Shown: piece by piece, positions 10,186-19,732 of the stretch | How positions within the stretch are numbered: the stretch's first letter is position 1 | Layout of the letters: the number at the start of each line of letters is the position of its first letter | Source: a virus | Lineage: Duplodnaviria > Caudoviricetes | Strand: one strand, 5' to 3' | Length of the DNA stretch: 64,000 bases | Virus record (IMG/VR): IMGVR_UViG_3300028886_000004 | Coordinates: 32,001 to 96,000 of that record | Notes under the pieces: generated by a model | The model's database searches: none | The model's input: only the letters and a program-made list of their open reading frames with translations | Told to the model about the DNA's origin: nothing | Program-made: the position numbers and the translations under genes

Positions 10186-10407
10186 TTATACCTCATAGTC
10201 GTAGCGGACATTGTATTCCGGGTGCGCCGCCTGATACTTCTCCTTCATGCGGCATAAGCCCAAGCGCGAAAGCAGCCACACAAAAGGCGCAAACAGCCCG
10301 GTCTCAATTTCAACCGTTATCTTCGGCTTCGGTATCGCCGCCAGCTTTTCGTCCAGCGCCTTTTTCTCGGCCTCGCTCAATTCCGAATATGTCCGTTTCT
10401 TGCCCAT
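10186..10407 (-). CDS. Hypothetical protein
   Basis: AGGAG RBS before the ATG at 10407. Confidence 0.6.
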   Translation of the reverse strand: MGKKRTYSELSEAEKKALDEKLAAIPKPKITVEIETGLFAPFVWLLSRLGLCRMKEKYQAAHPEYNVRYDYEV

Positions 10408-10455
10408 TTGCCTGCTCCTAAAAATTTCGCGCATAAACGCACCTCTAAGGCGATT

Positions 10456-11244
10456 TTAACACCCGCCTTCACATTTACACTCCGTTTCATTTAAATCGCC
10501 TTTAAGCGCCGTTTCTTGCGCAGCATTCGCCTTCTCCGCCTGCTTCTTCTCCTCAAAGGTCAAAATCGCCTTCGATATCATCACAGCCGCATCCCAATCC
10601 GTGTCCGGGATGGCGCCGGGACCGAACTTCGCTATCGCGTCCACAAATGCCCTGTACTCAAAATTCGTGTCGCTAGGATCCGGGCAGTGGACACTCCTTA
10701 TGAGCAGGCGCCCAAAGTCCAAAACGTCCTCGTTCCGCTCATATTCGATTTTGGCTGCCTTGACCTCGTCCAATAAGCGGACCTGCTCCGCCAGCGCCTT
10801 CTTCAGGTCCTTCACCATCGCCGCGTAAACATTGAAGCGCTCCTTCTTCGAAACCATCTCCAATGCCGCCGGGTTGCTGCATACCTTCTCCACCCCATCT
10901 ATGAGCGCCGCAGTGTATGCCCATATCGCGTTACGGACAACCTCGAAGCCTTCCCCGTTCTTGAATGCAACACAGCGCAAAAACAACGCCGACCGCATCC
11001 AGTCCTGAGTAAACAGTCCCTTCCGCTGATTCAACTCGTGGAGACCTACACGGATCTCGTTTACCGCCTCCGTTAAGTTGTCCCCGTCCTTGTAGATTAA
11101 AGGTCCTTTGATTTTTCGCGGCTTCTCAATGCCCCAAGCCTTCAGGAATCCCCGCTGGAGATTGAAGTCAATGTATGCACGCTCCGCCGTGGTAGGCGGC
11201 TTGACATAAAAGGGATTAACCTTCCGTTTCTTTCTTCTTGTCAC
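10456..11244 (-). CDS. Hypothetical protein
   Basis: 262-aa ORF in the minus-strand operon. Confidence 0.65.
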   Translation of the reverse strand: MTRRKKRKVNPFYVKPPTTAERAYIDFNLQRGFLKAWGIEKPRKIKGPLIYKDGDNLTEAVNEIRVGLHELNQRKGLFTQDWMRSALFLRCVAFKNGEGFEVVRNAIWAYTAALIDGVEKVCSNPAALEMVSKKERFNVYAAMVKDLKKALAEQVRLLDEVKAAKIEYERNEDVLDFGRLLIRSVHCPDPSDTNFEYRAFVDAIAKFGPGAIPDTDWDAAVMISKAILTFEEKKQAEKANAAQETALKGDLNETECKCEGGC

Positions 11245-11605
11245 GGCGCAAAACCTCGTCCCTTAAAGCATCAGCCTTCTCTTCATCATATATCGGCGTC
11301 GAGTCCGCCTGAACCGGCACCTTCGAGATATTCACATCGTAGCCACTTAATGTTCTCAAAAAGTCCTGGCGCATCCGGAAACTGTCCCGGAGAAATGCAG
11401 TATACGCCATCAGCTCGTTGCGCGTCATTTTCGATGGATCAAACATCTTGTCCATCGCCAGCTCCACCTCGTCCAGCCTCTTGGACATGCGGTCCATAGA
11501 TTGAACGGTGCGGTCAATCATATTCACCATCGTCGTATTGACGCGCTGGCGCACCTCTTCCAATCCATCTTGCGTATACAGCAGCACTGGTTTACTTTCA
11601 CTCAT
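11216..11605 (-). CDS. Helical hypothetical protein
   Basis: ORF preceded by a CGTATATT box on the minus strand. Confidence 0.6.
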   Translation of the reverse strand: MSESKPVLLYTQDGLEEVRQRVNTTMVNMIDRTVQSMDRMSKRLDEVELAMDKMFDPSKMTRNELMAYTAFLRDSFRMRQDFLRTLSGYDVNISKVPVQADSTPIYDEEKADALRDEVLRRDKKKETEG

Positions 11606-11635
11606 ATACCATAATATACGTTCTTTTTCCCTTTC

Positions 11636-11990
11636 GGACAACTTGTTACCTGTCCGTTATACGCAAGGTAGCGGTCCTCCGTCCATATAAAGTATTCGTC
11701 CGCCATACCCTACAAAGTAATATGTCCATCGTGCCAAAGTTGTCCGACGGACAGTCTCCTAATACATAGACTTGGTCCATCGGTATATTGGTATGGAGTA
11801 ATACGGAGTGGACAAAAACGGACATTTTGCTTCAGAAAAATTTGCGTTTTTTGTTAAATTTCAAAGATTTTGGGGGACAAGGGACAGTCTCCTAATTAAA
11901 GGGACAGATGGACCGGTTTTTTGCGTAAAACGGACAACTTGGTAGAAAAATGGACCGGTCCCTTCTTTTGCGGAACCGGTCCATTTGTCT
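11636..11990. repeat. Iteron-like repeat region, candidate replication origin
   Basis: Non-coding; GGACAGTCTCCTAAT twice, CGGACAACTT three times (one inverted), TGGACCGGT three times (one inverted), central AT-rich tract. Confidence 0.6.
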
Positions 11991-12006
11991 AGGCGTCAGG
12001 CGAAGA

Positions 12007-13128
12007 TCACTGCCCAAACTCCTTCCGTTTTCGATAGTAGTAAGGCTTCGAAATTGCGCCTGCCTCCCATAGCCTCTCCAGGTCGGTCAATGTCTCTATG
12101 ACCATTTTCGGCTTGCGCCCCGGCTTGTTCTTCCGTCCCCGTAGAAGCTGCTTCATCCGCCGCCGTTCCTTCGCGGTCTCATTGTGGCGGACATATATTT
12201 CCTTCTTCCGGGAACTGGTCAGCCCATCCCAATACGCCGGCCCCACCTTCCCCGTGCGGGGCGAGTATGCCACCAACGGCGGCGCCTTGAATCTGCTGTA
12301 GGCCGCATATAGATTCCCCCGGATAACCTCCGTCACCTCCTCCATCGGGACGCCTAATCGCATTATCTCCCTTTCTACCGCACGGACACAATCCTTGAAT
12401 TCAAATCGATTCGAGTTTAGTCCCCATCGTGTTTCCGTTGTCGTTTCGAAGAAGTTATACCACGCAAATGCGGCGGGGATGATTTTCTTCCAAATGAAGG
12501 CATAGCGTTCGCCTTTGTCAATTTTCCCCTTCCAAAAGTATTCGGCGGATGGCAGCATAACCTTCGTGTCTATCCCAAACAATTCCTTGGCGTCATAGCG
12601 GGATAGCGGCATCGGAATACGCATAGGGCCTAGTCCCTCTATATCCACCTTGCGATATGAGCCGGACATTCCCGGATCCGGGCGCCCGAAGGTCATTTGC
12701 CTTGGGGAGTCCATACAATGATCGTAGGCGATGGCGCCTAGCCCCGCCTCGATGGAGAATTGCATGAATGCGTTGCCGTATGCCTGCGCATACTCCCCAT
12801 AGGAGTATTCCTTTGAAAGGTTGTAGAAAATCTTTCTCCGGTTTTCCTTTCCGGGGACGGACAATACCGCCGATGGACTTTTTGCCACAAATGCATTGTC
12901 CGCACTATATTGGTCCAGCTTTGCGGCGTCCTCGGCGGACAATTCATCCAAATCAAAAACGACGGCATCGATAGGGGAATCGGGCATAAGGCGGAATGAT
13001 ACCCCGGACACATAGAGGTCGTATAGGGCCTTGGCGCCTTTCAATTCGACCGTGCCGGAACCGCGCCGATGCAGAATCGCCGCGTTCGCCTTGCCTCTAA
13101 ATCTGTATGGAAAAATTTCAAGTCTCAT
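12007..13128 (-). CDS. Putative replication initiator / primase-polymerase-like protein
   Basis: VVFDLD, KSPS..RKIFY and YD..MDS..QMTF resemble AEP/PrimPol motifs; basic C-terminus; next to the repeat region; ATG at 13128 follows a CGTATATTT box. Confidence 0.45.
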   Translation of the reverse strand: MRLEIFPYRFRGKANAAILHRRGSGTVELKGAKALYDLYVSGVSFRLMPDSPIDAVVFDLDELSAEDAAKLDQYSADNAFVAKSPSAVLSVPGKENRRKIFYNLSKEYSYGEYAQAYGNAFMQFSIEAGLGAIAYDHCMDSPRQMTFGRPDPGMSGSYRKVDIEGLGPMRIPMPLSRYDAKELFGIDTKVMLPSAEYFWKGKIDKGERYAFIWKKIIPAAFAWYNFFETTTETRWGLNSNRFEFKDCVRAVEREIMRLGVPMEEVTEVIRGNLYAAYSRFKAPPLVAYSPRTGKVGPAYWDGLTSSRKKEIYVRHNETAKERRRMKQLLRGRKNKPGRKPKMVIETLTDLERLWEAGAISKPYYYRKRKEFGQ

Positions 13129-13221
13129 TTCTAAGCGACCAAAAATATACGGATGGACAAAAGTTAAAGATGTCCCGTATAAGATAGTATCATTCACCTG
13201 TAATATGGCATAGGTAACAAA

Positions 13222-13464
13222 ATGAGAATAGAAGACGCGATGAAGCAGGACTTCGGCAAGATGACGCCGCAGCAACGTTCCCATTTAAGGAAGCGCATTC
13301 TTGCCGCCGGGCTCCCGGTGCCCCCGGAACTGGACCTGAAAAGGGGACAATCCGTAATTCCGGCAGTCGACTCAAAACCGGACAATAAGCCTTGGAAGTG
13401 CACGGTGGTGGCGGATGGCAGGGAAACTGTTTACACGATCGGAGGCGACAATGTTGAGGCCTAG
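13222..13464 (+). CDS. Hypothetical protein
   Basis: First ORF of the plus-strand small-gene run. Confidence 0.6.
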   Translation: MRIEDAMKQDFGKMTPQQRSHLRKRILAAGLPVPPELDLKRGQSVIPAVDSKPDNKPWKCTVVADGRETVYTIGGDNVEA

Positions 13465-13816
13465 CAGGAAGCGCCCGCCCCGCAAGACGAAGATGTATGC
13501 GGAGGCAATAAGCATGAAGGAAAATATGAAGGGGACAGCGATCCTCGTAAACGGCAGGCGCATCAAGGCGGTTGACGGGGTATGGTATTTGGAAGGTCAT
13601 TGGATGATTGTGTGGGACGCGAACAGGGAACCCTACCTGAGGAAAGTGGTCTGCGTCCTCCCCAAGAACCTCGAAGTGATGTTCCCGGTATATGCGTTTA
13701 ACGAAACAGGTTCGTCGGCACATTGCTGCTGGCTTCACGCCGGCGAGATTCCGAAGGGACTGGATGTCAGCGGAATCGACGGGTGGTATGAAATGAAAAA
13801 GGATTTGAAACTATGA
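13451..13816 (+). CDS. Hypothetical protein
   Basis: GGAGG RBS; coupled to the next gene. Confidence 0.6.
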   Translation: MLRPSRKRPPRKTKMYAEAISMKENMKGTAILVNGRRIKAVDGVWYLEGHWMIVWDANREPYLRKVVCVLPKNLEVMFPVYAFNETGSSAHCCWLHAGEIPKGLDVSGIDGWYEMKKDLKL

Positions 13817-14175
13817 AGCTCGAAATCAAATATGGCGAATTGGAACTCGCATGCGGAATGGAATTGCAGGCCCACCCCAAGGGAACGCTTGTCCGCCGCT
13901 TTCATGTGGAATCGCACGATCCTGCCAGCCCGGAGGTTGGCTATTCGATCGGGGTCGGCGTTTACTTCCATCCGGACGGCAAGCGCTTTTTCCTTTTGCT
14001 GGAGGATGGGCTTGCGGACCGAATGCTGTGCTTCTCGTCGATGGCGCTGACGTTGATTGCGGGCTTCACCAAGTGGCTTTCGGACCACAAGGAAAAGGTC
14101 TATCCCACGCGGGAAGATTGGCTGCGCAAGCCGGAAACGTTCCCTAATTTTTTGGAGGCATCTAAAAATGCGTAA
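13813..14175 (+). CDS. Hypothetical protein
   Basis: ATGA overlap. Confidence 0.65.
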   Translation: MKLEIKYGELELACGMELQAHPKGTLVRRFHVESHDPASPEVGYSIGVGVYFHPDGKRFFLLLEDGLADRMLCFSSMALTLIAGFTKWLSDHKEKVYPTREDWLRKPETFPNFLEASKNA

Positions 14176-14323
14176 GATTGTTGATTTCATTCAGTGGGCC
14201 GGTTTGGCCATCGTCAATGTCATTTCGTGGCCTATTGAAAAGGCCGCCGACATTTTAAGCCGTTGGCTGCTGGAGGACGAGGAAGAGGATGACGGGGACA
14301 ACTGGCCGTTTGGAGGATACTAA

Positions 14324-14569
14324 ATGGCGGAGTATCATGTCGGTTGCGGCTTGGCCGGAATTTATGCCGGAACGATATTGAAGCCCGGGGTATGGAAGAG
14401 CAAGAGCCCGGTGACCGAGGAGGCGCTCCGTGCGGCTGCCGAATATATGATGGGCAAGATCGAGAAGGACCACGAGGCCTATGAAATCAGCTGGACCAAC
14501 CGGACAACGGGAAAGAAGATTGTGCTCACCTGCCAGGTCATCGAACCGCCCAAGAAGGAGGCAAAATGA
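14324..14569 (+). CDS. Conserved-looking phage hypothetical protein
   Basis: YHVGCGLAGIYAG..W..KS.VT.EA pattern; GGAGG RBS. Confidence 0.7.
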   Translation: MAEYHVGCGLAGIYAGTILKPGVWKSKSPVTEEALRAAAEYMMGKIEKDHEAYEISWTNRTTGKKIVLTCQVIEPPKKEAK

Positions 14570-14741
14570 ATTGCCACAAGCTCGAACGTAAGGCATTCCG
14601 CGATGAGTGCCGGGACATCGAACGCCGCATTCGGGAAGCAACCGGTCCGCTGAAGGACCATTTGAAAAAGCACTTGGCCGCGTTCAAGCGTTATCGCGGC
14701 CGCATCCCCGTCTCGATGGACGGATTCGTAGGAGGCTAGTT

Positions 14742-15140
14742 ATGGGGCTCTTTGATGGCATCTTCTCCCGGAACCAATACAAGCAGGATCTTGCGCAGTG
14801 GATTGTGGACCACAACAATCGTGCCTACCTTGGCATAGGTCCGTTGTCCACCCATAGCGTGGACTACTACTATTTTGATTGCACCGTGGGGGAGCTGGAA
14901 GGAAAGAAAGATCATATGGAGGAGATGCACCGGAAGTATGAATACGACAAGGCGCATCCGGAACCGAAGATCGGGGACACCTACACCGTTTACATTTGCG
15001 GCCGCCAGGTGGACACCTTGAGAAATGTCACCAACGTTTCGTATAATGATAGAGGTGTCTTTTTCACTATAACGTCGAAGGAAGGGAAAGTGTCCCTGAA
15101 GGAATACTTCGGCGGGAACATTAACTGGAGGAAAGGCTAG
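14742..15140 (+). CDS. Hypothetical protein
   Basis: GGAGG RBS. Confidence 0.65.
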   Translation: MGLFDGIFSRNQYKQDLAQWIVDHNNRAYLGIGPLSTHSVDYYYFDCTVGELEGKKDHMEEMHRKYEYDKAHPEPKIGDTYTVYICGRQVDTLRNVTNVSYNDRGVFFTITSKEGKVSLKEYFGGNINWRKG

Positions 15141-15141
15141 T

Positions 15142-15498
15142 ATGAGCGACATCACTGGATTTGCAAAGTTGAAGCCCGGCGCCTTCAAGGACAAATTGAA
15201 TGACCTGATGGCAAAAGGCAAGAAGAAGGACCTCCGCAAAATTGTCCTCAAGCTGAAGGAGGAGGTTCTCGACTACGTCACGACCAATGCGAAGCGCATG
15301 AGTGAAAAGTCCGTGGAATTTCGCATTGAAGGCGGGCAGGTAATGCCGCAGTATCGCGGCGAGACCCACGGGGTCAATCCCATATGCGGGGTTGACGTTT
15401 TGCCGGACATCAAGGAGAAATTCAAGGCTGAAGGGTTTACGCTGGAATGGGCGTATGACCGAGGCGAGTTGAACGGCAAGCTGATTTTCAGGTGGTAG
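15142..15498 (+). CDS. Hypothetical protein
   Basis: Tightly packed ORF. Confidence 0.65.
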   Translation: MSDITGFAKLKPGAFKDKLNDLMAKGKKKDLRKIVLKLKEEVLDYVTTNAKRMSEKSVEFRIEGGQVMPQYRGETHGVNPICGVDVLPDIKEKFKAEGFTLEWAYDRGELNGKLIFRW

Positions 15499-15502
15499 CG
15501 CG

Positions 15503-15925
15503 ATGACGACCAACTGGAAGAACAAGAAATTGCTGGAAGAAGGGAAACTTCCCCCGCTCCCCAAGAAGGCAAGTCCGGCGCCTCCCCCGCGAAAGGACTA
15601 TCCGCTGTTTACGCATGCGGATCACGCTCATCCTTATGCGCTGGCGGCAAAGCGGATCCACGAGCTGGAAGCGGCCAACAAAGAAAAGGACGCGGTGATC
15701 GCCCAATTGGAACGCGATGCGGTTGCCGCCGGGCGCTTGAACTTGTCCCTCCGCCTGCTGGCGATTCACGGACTCATCTATCGCCTGGACAGTTTGATCA
15801 AGGAGGAGATGGCGCAGCAGCATCCCAACGCAGGCAGGATACAGAGGTGGTCCGCCGAGGTCGGGCGCTTCCGCAGCAGCTATGAAACCCTCAAGGAAAG
15901 CAAGCTCAAAGGAGGCAAGGGATGA
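15503..15925 (+). CDS. Hypothetical protein
   Basis: Tightly packed ORF. Confidence 0.6.
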   Translation: MTTNWKNKKLLEEGKLPPLPKKASPAPPPRKDYPLFTHADHAHPYALAAKRIHELEAANKEKDAVIAQLERDAVAAGRLNLSLRLLAIHGLIYRLDSLIKEEMAQQHPNAGRIQRWSAEVGRFRSSYETLKESKLKGGKG

Positions 15926-16203
15926 GGGAATTTACCGGAACCGAGAAATACTATGTCCTTATGCTAATTCCGTACGGCAGCAAGGACCACGGGTACGAGC
16001 CTCGCTATTGGGCGAAGGAAAAGGATTTCACATTGAAGGACCTTACGCATGCGACCCGGTTCGATTCCATTACGGCCGCGAAGGCCGTAATGACGAAGGC
16101 AAGAAAGAAATACCGGGAATGTCCCTGGTTTGGCATCACGGACAATGATGAAATGATCGTTGCGGAAGTCAACACAAAGGTCCCCGTAAAGGAGGTTGAA
16201 TAA
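15922..16203 (+). CDS. Hypothetical protein, paralog of 24555..24848
   Basis: Shared YW..DL..AT.F...AA and EV....VKEV pattern. Confidence 0.65.
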   Translation: MREFTGTEKYYVLMLIPYGSKDHGYEPRYWAKEKDFTLKDLTHATRFDSITAAKAVMTKARKKYRECPWFGITDNDEMIVAEVNTKVPVKEVE

Positions 16204-16475
16204 TGAAATTCGAGCGCGTGGAGGATTTGAAGGAATACCTCACCCAGCAGTGTTTTACGGACACCGTGGTTTTGGAAGGTCCGGACTATATAAGCGCCGT
16301 TATCGGAATAAGCACGGACGGCCAGCTCATTTACAGCCGTAACCTTATGGTAAAGCATTTGTGCGAGCAGGACGGAATGACCGAGTAGGAAGCGAATGAG
16401 TTTATTGATTTCAATACGGTGGGCGCTTTGCCTAATATGGGAGAGAAGGCGCCTATCATAATGGAGGATTTATGA
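16203..16475 (+). pseudogene. Phage hypothetical gene interrupted by an in-frame TAG at 16386-16388
   Basis: Frame continues DGMTE*EANEFIDFNTVGALPNMGEKAPIIMEDL to a TGA overlapping the next ATG. Confidence 0.75.
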
Positions 16476-16795
16476 TGTGCACGTTTGGTGAATTTTGGTG
16501 GATCTTTTTATTTGTAGCCGTCATAGCCGTATTCGTCATTATCTTGGCGCCTACGGAGGCAACAAAGGTGGGACTGATTTCGGGTGCAACATGCCTAGTG
16601 TGTATTGTGCTGCTGGTTATAGCAGGCGGCGCCAAGAATAATGTCCACTGCAAAGAATTGAAATATCAGTCCGTGGTCAATCAACGCGCTGAACTTGTCC
16701 GGGAATGTCCCGATAGGGAGAAACCTAGTTGTCAGGTTCAATGGATAAAATATCAGCAGGACTCGTTGTCCAAGTATCTTCGGGTGCTGCAATAA
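16472..16795 (+). CDS. Membrane protein (two TM helices)
   Basis: Two hydrophobic N-terminal segments. Confidence 0.65.
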   Translation: MMCTFGEFWWIFLFVAVIAVFVIILAPTEATKVGLISGATCLVCIVLLVIAGGAKNNVHCKELKYQSVVNQRAELVRECPDREKPSCQVQWIKYQQDSLSKYLRVLQ

Positions 16796-16810
16796 TTCAA
16801 GGAGATCTAA

Positions 16811-17104
16811 ATGGATATTCAAAAGAACGATTGGCATCCTTACAAGGGATGCGGCGATGCGCCCAATGTGCAGGAATATCAAAAGGAAACCTACCTTTGT
16901 ATGGTCCAGCGCTATGCGAAGGAAACTGGCGAGGAAGTAGGCGCCGTGAGTTATCAGGTCCTGCTTTGCGATGACAACGGAATGTTTTGGGGACTGAAGA
17001 GCGATTCTTTGGTGGACTACAAGGTTATCGCGTGGAAGGAGATCACTGGGCGTGACTTTGAAGAAACTGCTTTGGCCTACCAGCGGCAGGGAACGGTGAA
17101 ATAA
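16811..17104 (+). CDS. Hypothetical protein (DUF551-like)
   Basis: N-terminal WHP and C-terminal VIAW. Confidence 0.6.
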   Translation: MDIQKNDWHPYKGCGDAPNVQEYQKETYLCMVQRYAKETGEEVGAVSYQVLLCDDNGMFWGLKSDSLVDYKVIAWKEITGRDFEETALAYQRQGTVK

Positions 17105-17117
17105 TCATATCGTATAT

Positions 17118-17459
17118 TTGGATATCATGAAAAACAGAAAAGAACGCAGACACGCCGTCAAGCAGGCGAACACGCTTGAAACATCCAAAAAAGCTTTACA
17201 GAAGGCGCTCATGGGCGCCCTTCATACCGGCGGATTCCTTTTCAGCAATAACGGAAAAGGCGTCATCACCCCGGTGGTCATCAATGCCACGATTCAACAG
17301 ATTATTGTGGCGATCCTTGCCTTTATTTTCTCCCGCACGAAGACGGCAGGAGAAACCACGGAACTTTACGACTACGTCATTTCGACGGCGGATCGTCTTT
17401 GCAAGATGCGCTTGAAGGATGTGCCGGCGCCGGATACGAGTTCCGAAGGAAAGAAATGA
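17118..17459 (+). CDS. Hypothetical protein
   Basis: ORF after a CGTATATTTG box; the real start may be the downstream ATG (MKNRK). Confidence 0.6.
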   Translation: MDIMKNRKERRHAVKQANTLETSKKALQKALMGALHTGGFLFSNNGKGVITPVVINATIQQIIVAILAFIFSRTKTAGETTELYDYVISTADRLCKMRLKDVPAPDTSSEGKK

Positions 17460-17600
17460 AAAAATTCCTGAGGCGCCTGCATAACATTTGGCTATGGTTC
17501 GTGGCAATCGTTTTCACGGTTGCCGGATTTGCTGCCTTCTGTGTTGTAGTGGGCCTCATTGTAATTGGCATTCGTAAACTTGTAACCGGAGCTTAACCTC

Positions 17601-18371
17601 ATGTTGGAATTGACAACCTACACCGAGCTGGAGATCGCGCACCGCCTGCTGACCTCCTATGCGCAGAAATGCCGCCATCTCCACGGACATCGCTATGAAG
17701 TCGAAATCACCGTGGCGTCCCCTCGCGGCTTGAATAAGGACGGAATGATCGTGGACTTCAAGCAGTTGAAGGAAGTGGTCAAGGAAGTCCTCGACGATAA
17801 GTGGGACCACGGCGCCTGCTTCAATAAGGCGGACCGCATTTCTGAATTCATGTTGAAGGACGCGGAACGTGAACGCCTCCATCTCATCGACGACAACCCG
17901 ACCCTGGAATGGATGGTTGGCAGGTGGGTGGAAGACCTGAACGCCGCCTTCCGTGCAAAGGACATTGACTTGGTTGTCACCAAGCTGAAGGCAAGCGAAA
18001 CCGCCAAGAACACCGTTACTTGGACGCTTGATGAAAAGGTCCGTGTGTTTGCGGACAAGCCTGCACTTGAAGTTGCGGGCCTGCCGTCGCAGCGCGTGGA
18101 TGACACGAAGAAGCGCCTCGATGCCGCGTTGCGCCCCGCACCCACGCATGATTGGGCATCCCCGGATGCCAGTGTGAAAGTGGAAGAAGTCGATCCGGAC
18201 GCTGTCCCGTATTTGGTTTCCTTCTACAACAACCACACTATCGGCAGCACAGTTGTCCACTCTTCTTTGAAGGCTCAGGCGCTGTATGATTTTTGCACCG
18301 GTGCCGTTCAGCCGCTGGACAAGAACGAAGAAGCTGTTGTAGTTATTGGAATCAATCGTTTGCCGGGATAG
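17601..18371 (+). CDS. queD: 6-carboxy-5,6,7,8-tetrahydropterin synthase with C-terminal extension
   Basis: AHRL, C..LHGHRY, GMIVDF, WDH, NPT.E and ET..N motifs of QueD/PTPS. Confidence 0.9.
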   Translation: MLELTTYTELEIAHRLLTSYAQKCRHLHGHRYEVEITVASPRGLNKDGMIVDFKQLKEVVKEVLDDKWDHGACFNKADRISEFMLKDAERERLHLIDDNPTLEWMVGRWVEDLNAAFRAKDIDLVVTKLKASETAKNTVTWTLDEKVRVFADKPALEVAGLPSQRVDDTKKRLDAALRPAPTHDWASPDASVKVEEVDPDAVPYLVSFYNNHTIGSTVVHSSLKAQALYDFCTGAVQPLDKNEEAVVVIGINRLPG

Positions 18372-18374
18372 GGT

Positions 18375-18671
18375 ATGTTACTTGAATCCTTCAAGGCAAG
18401 CAGCGATGCGGGATATGTAATTGTCCCGGGGATTGAGTCCCATACGGGGTATATATCCTATAACTACGCCGGGATGACGCCAGCCGAGGCGTCCGCCTGG
18501 AAAAATGTAATCACCATTCCTGAAGTGCGCAGGGCACGCCCCACAACCGGGGAAGACTATATGCGAGTGCTTCAGCAACTAGGCATACGATGTGCGGAAG
18601 CAGGCACGGAAGCCTGCCACGTGCTTCGCGCCGAATACCATTCAACCCCGTTATACCGGAGGATAAAATGA
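18375..18671 (+). CDS. Hypothetical protein
   Basis: Packed ORF. Confidence 0.55.
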   Translation: MLLESFKASSDAGYVIVPGIESHTGYISYNYAGMTPAEASAWKNVITIPEVRRARPTTGEDYMRVLQQLGIRCAEAGTEACHVLRAEYHSTPLYRRIK

Positions 18672-18818
18672 GCAAAGATCCAAAGATGGCCGAACTTGGA
18701 AAGGCCGCTGACTATATGCGCAAGGCTGCCGACATCATCGATAAGATTTCGGGTGCCAAGGCAAGCGAAGGCGACGAAAACAAGCAGCCGAAGAAACGCC
18801 GCATCTGTGATTAAATCG

Positions 18819-18903
18819 TTTGGCACCGGGGAAGATTGTTAGGGTTCATCGTCTGGCGAAAAGCTCCCTTCAGTAGCCCACGCCTAACCGCCCCGGAGCC
18901 AAA
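18819..18903 (+). ncRNA. Candidate rod-shaped small RNA
   Basis: Nested stems TTTGGC/GCCAAA, CCGGGG/CCCCGG, GTTAGG/CCTAAC in a non-coding gap. Confidence 0.45.
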
Positions 18904-19015
18904 TGCTGTGTTTAAGAACAGGACAGTCATTCTTACGATTTCATAAAAGTCCTCAGAAAAAAGCATTGAAATCGCCCCCAATGGTTGGATGTTCTGTAAT
19001 GAGGCTCGCGTAAGT

Positions 19016-19221
19016 GCGCCAAGGGGAGAACACCCGCGGAGAGTTCCACGCCGAAGACGAAAGGTGGCGACGCGGGGTCCGAAATACCCGACGAGAGCCT
19101 GCCATCGCGCCAAGGCAGGATAGCTAACGAGAGGTGCGCAATCTCAAGGGCGCTGCGAGGATGGTTGACCGGGTGCGGGCCCCAAAGCCCAAGGAAAGCT
19201 CGAGGCCTCCCCTTGCGGCGC
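19016..19221 (+). ncRNA. Candidate ~205-nt structured RNA
   Basis: Ends pair (GCGCCAAGGGGAG / CTCCCCTTGCGGCGC); several internal hairpins; no credible ORF. Confidence 0.5.
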
Positions 19222-19248
19222 CCATACTAGTTTATAGGAGATTCCATT

Positions 19249-19590
19249 ATGGCAAAAGGATTGAGGCTGTCTTTTCTCGGCCAGCATCTAAACAAGGACG
19301 AACTGATTATGATGTCGTCCTGCCTCGGCTTCAATACATACCCGCATTTCAGCGGATGGGGCGGACCAAGCCATCGAAACTATCTCGCCTTTGATTCCGG
19401 GAAGTCATACGACGTTTGCATGTGCCTAGTCCAGCGCGGGCTGATGACTTGCGAAAAGGCATCAATCAATAATCATTTTACATATTTCCACGTGACCGAT
19501 ATCGGGAAGCGGATCTTCGATCTGTTCCGCCGACACCACAAGCACCCGCGTTTGGCACTTTGGAACGATCACCGGAGGAATAAGAAATGA
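19249..19590 (+). CDS. Hypothetical protein (winged-helix-like)
   Basis: HRNY..LV.RGLM..FHVTD.G pattern; AGGAG RBS. Confidence 0.65.
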   Translation: MAKGLRLSFLGQHLNKDELIMMSSCLGFNTYPHFSGWGGPSHRNYLAFDSGKSYDVCMCLVQRGLMTCEKASINNHFTYFHVTDIGKRIFDLFRRHHKHPRLALWNDHRRNKK

Positions 19591-19732
19591 ATTCAATTTT
19601 AGAAACGCTTAAAGCTGCAAGCGCAGCTATTCGTAAACACCGTTCTCTTCCGATTATTGGCGGCCCTCGCTTGGCTGCCTTTATGGAAAAGAATTGGGGG
19701 TATCGTGTAATTGATATGACGAGGAGCGGCAA

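Noticed and set aside
16386-16388. Genome-wide TAG recoding (code 15)
   Set aside because: Only one interrupted gene found; many genes end cleanly in TAG with the next gene starting right after
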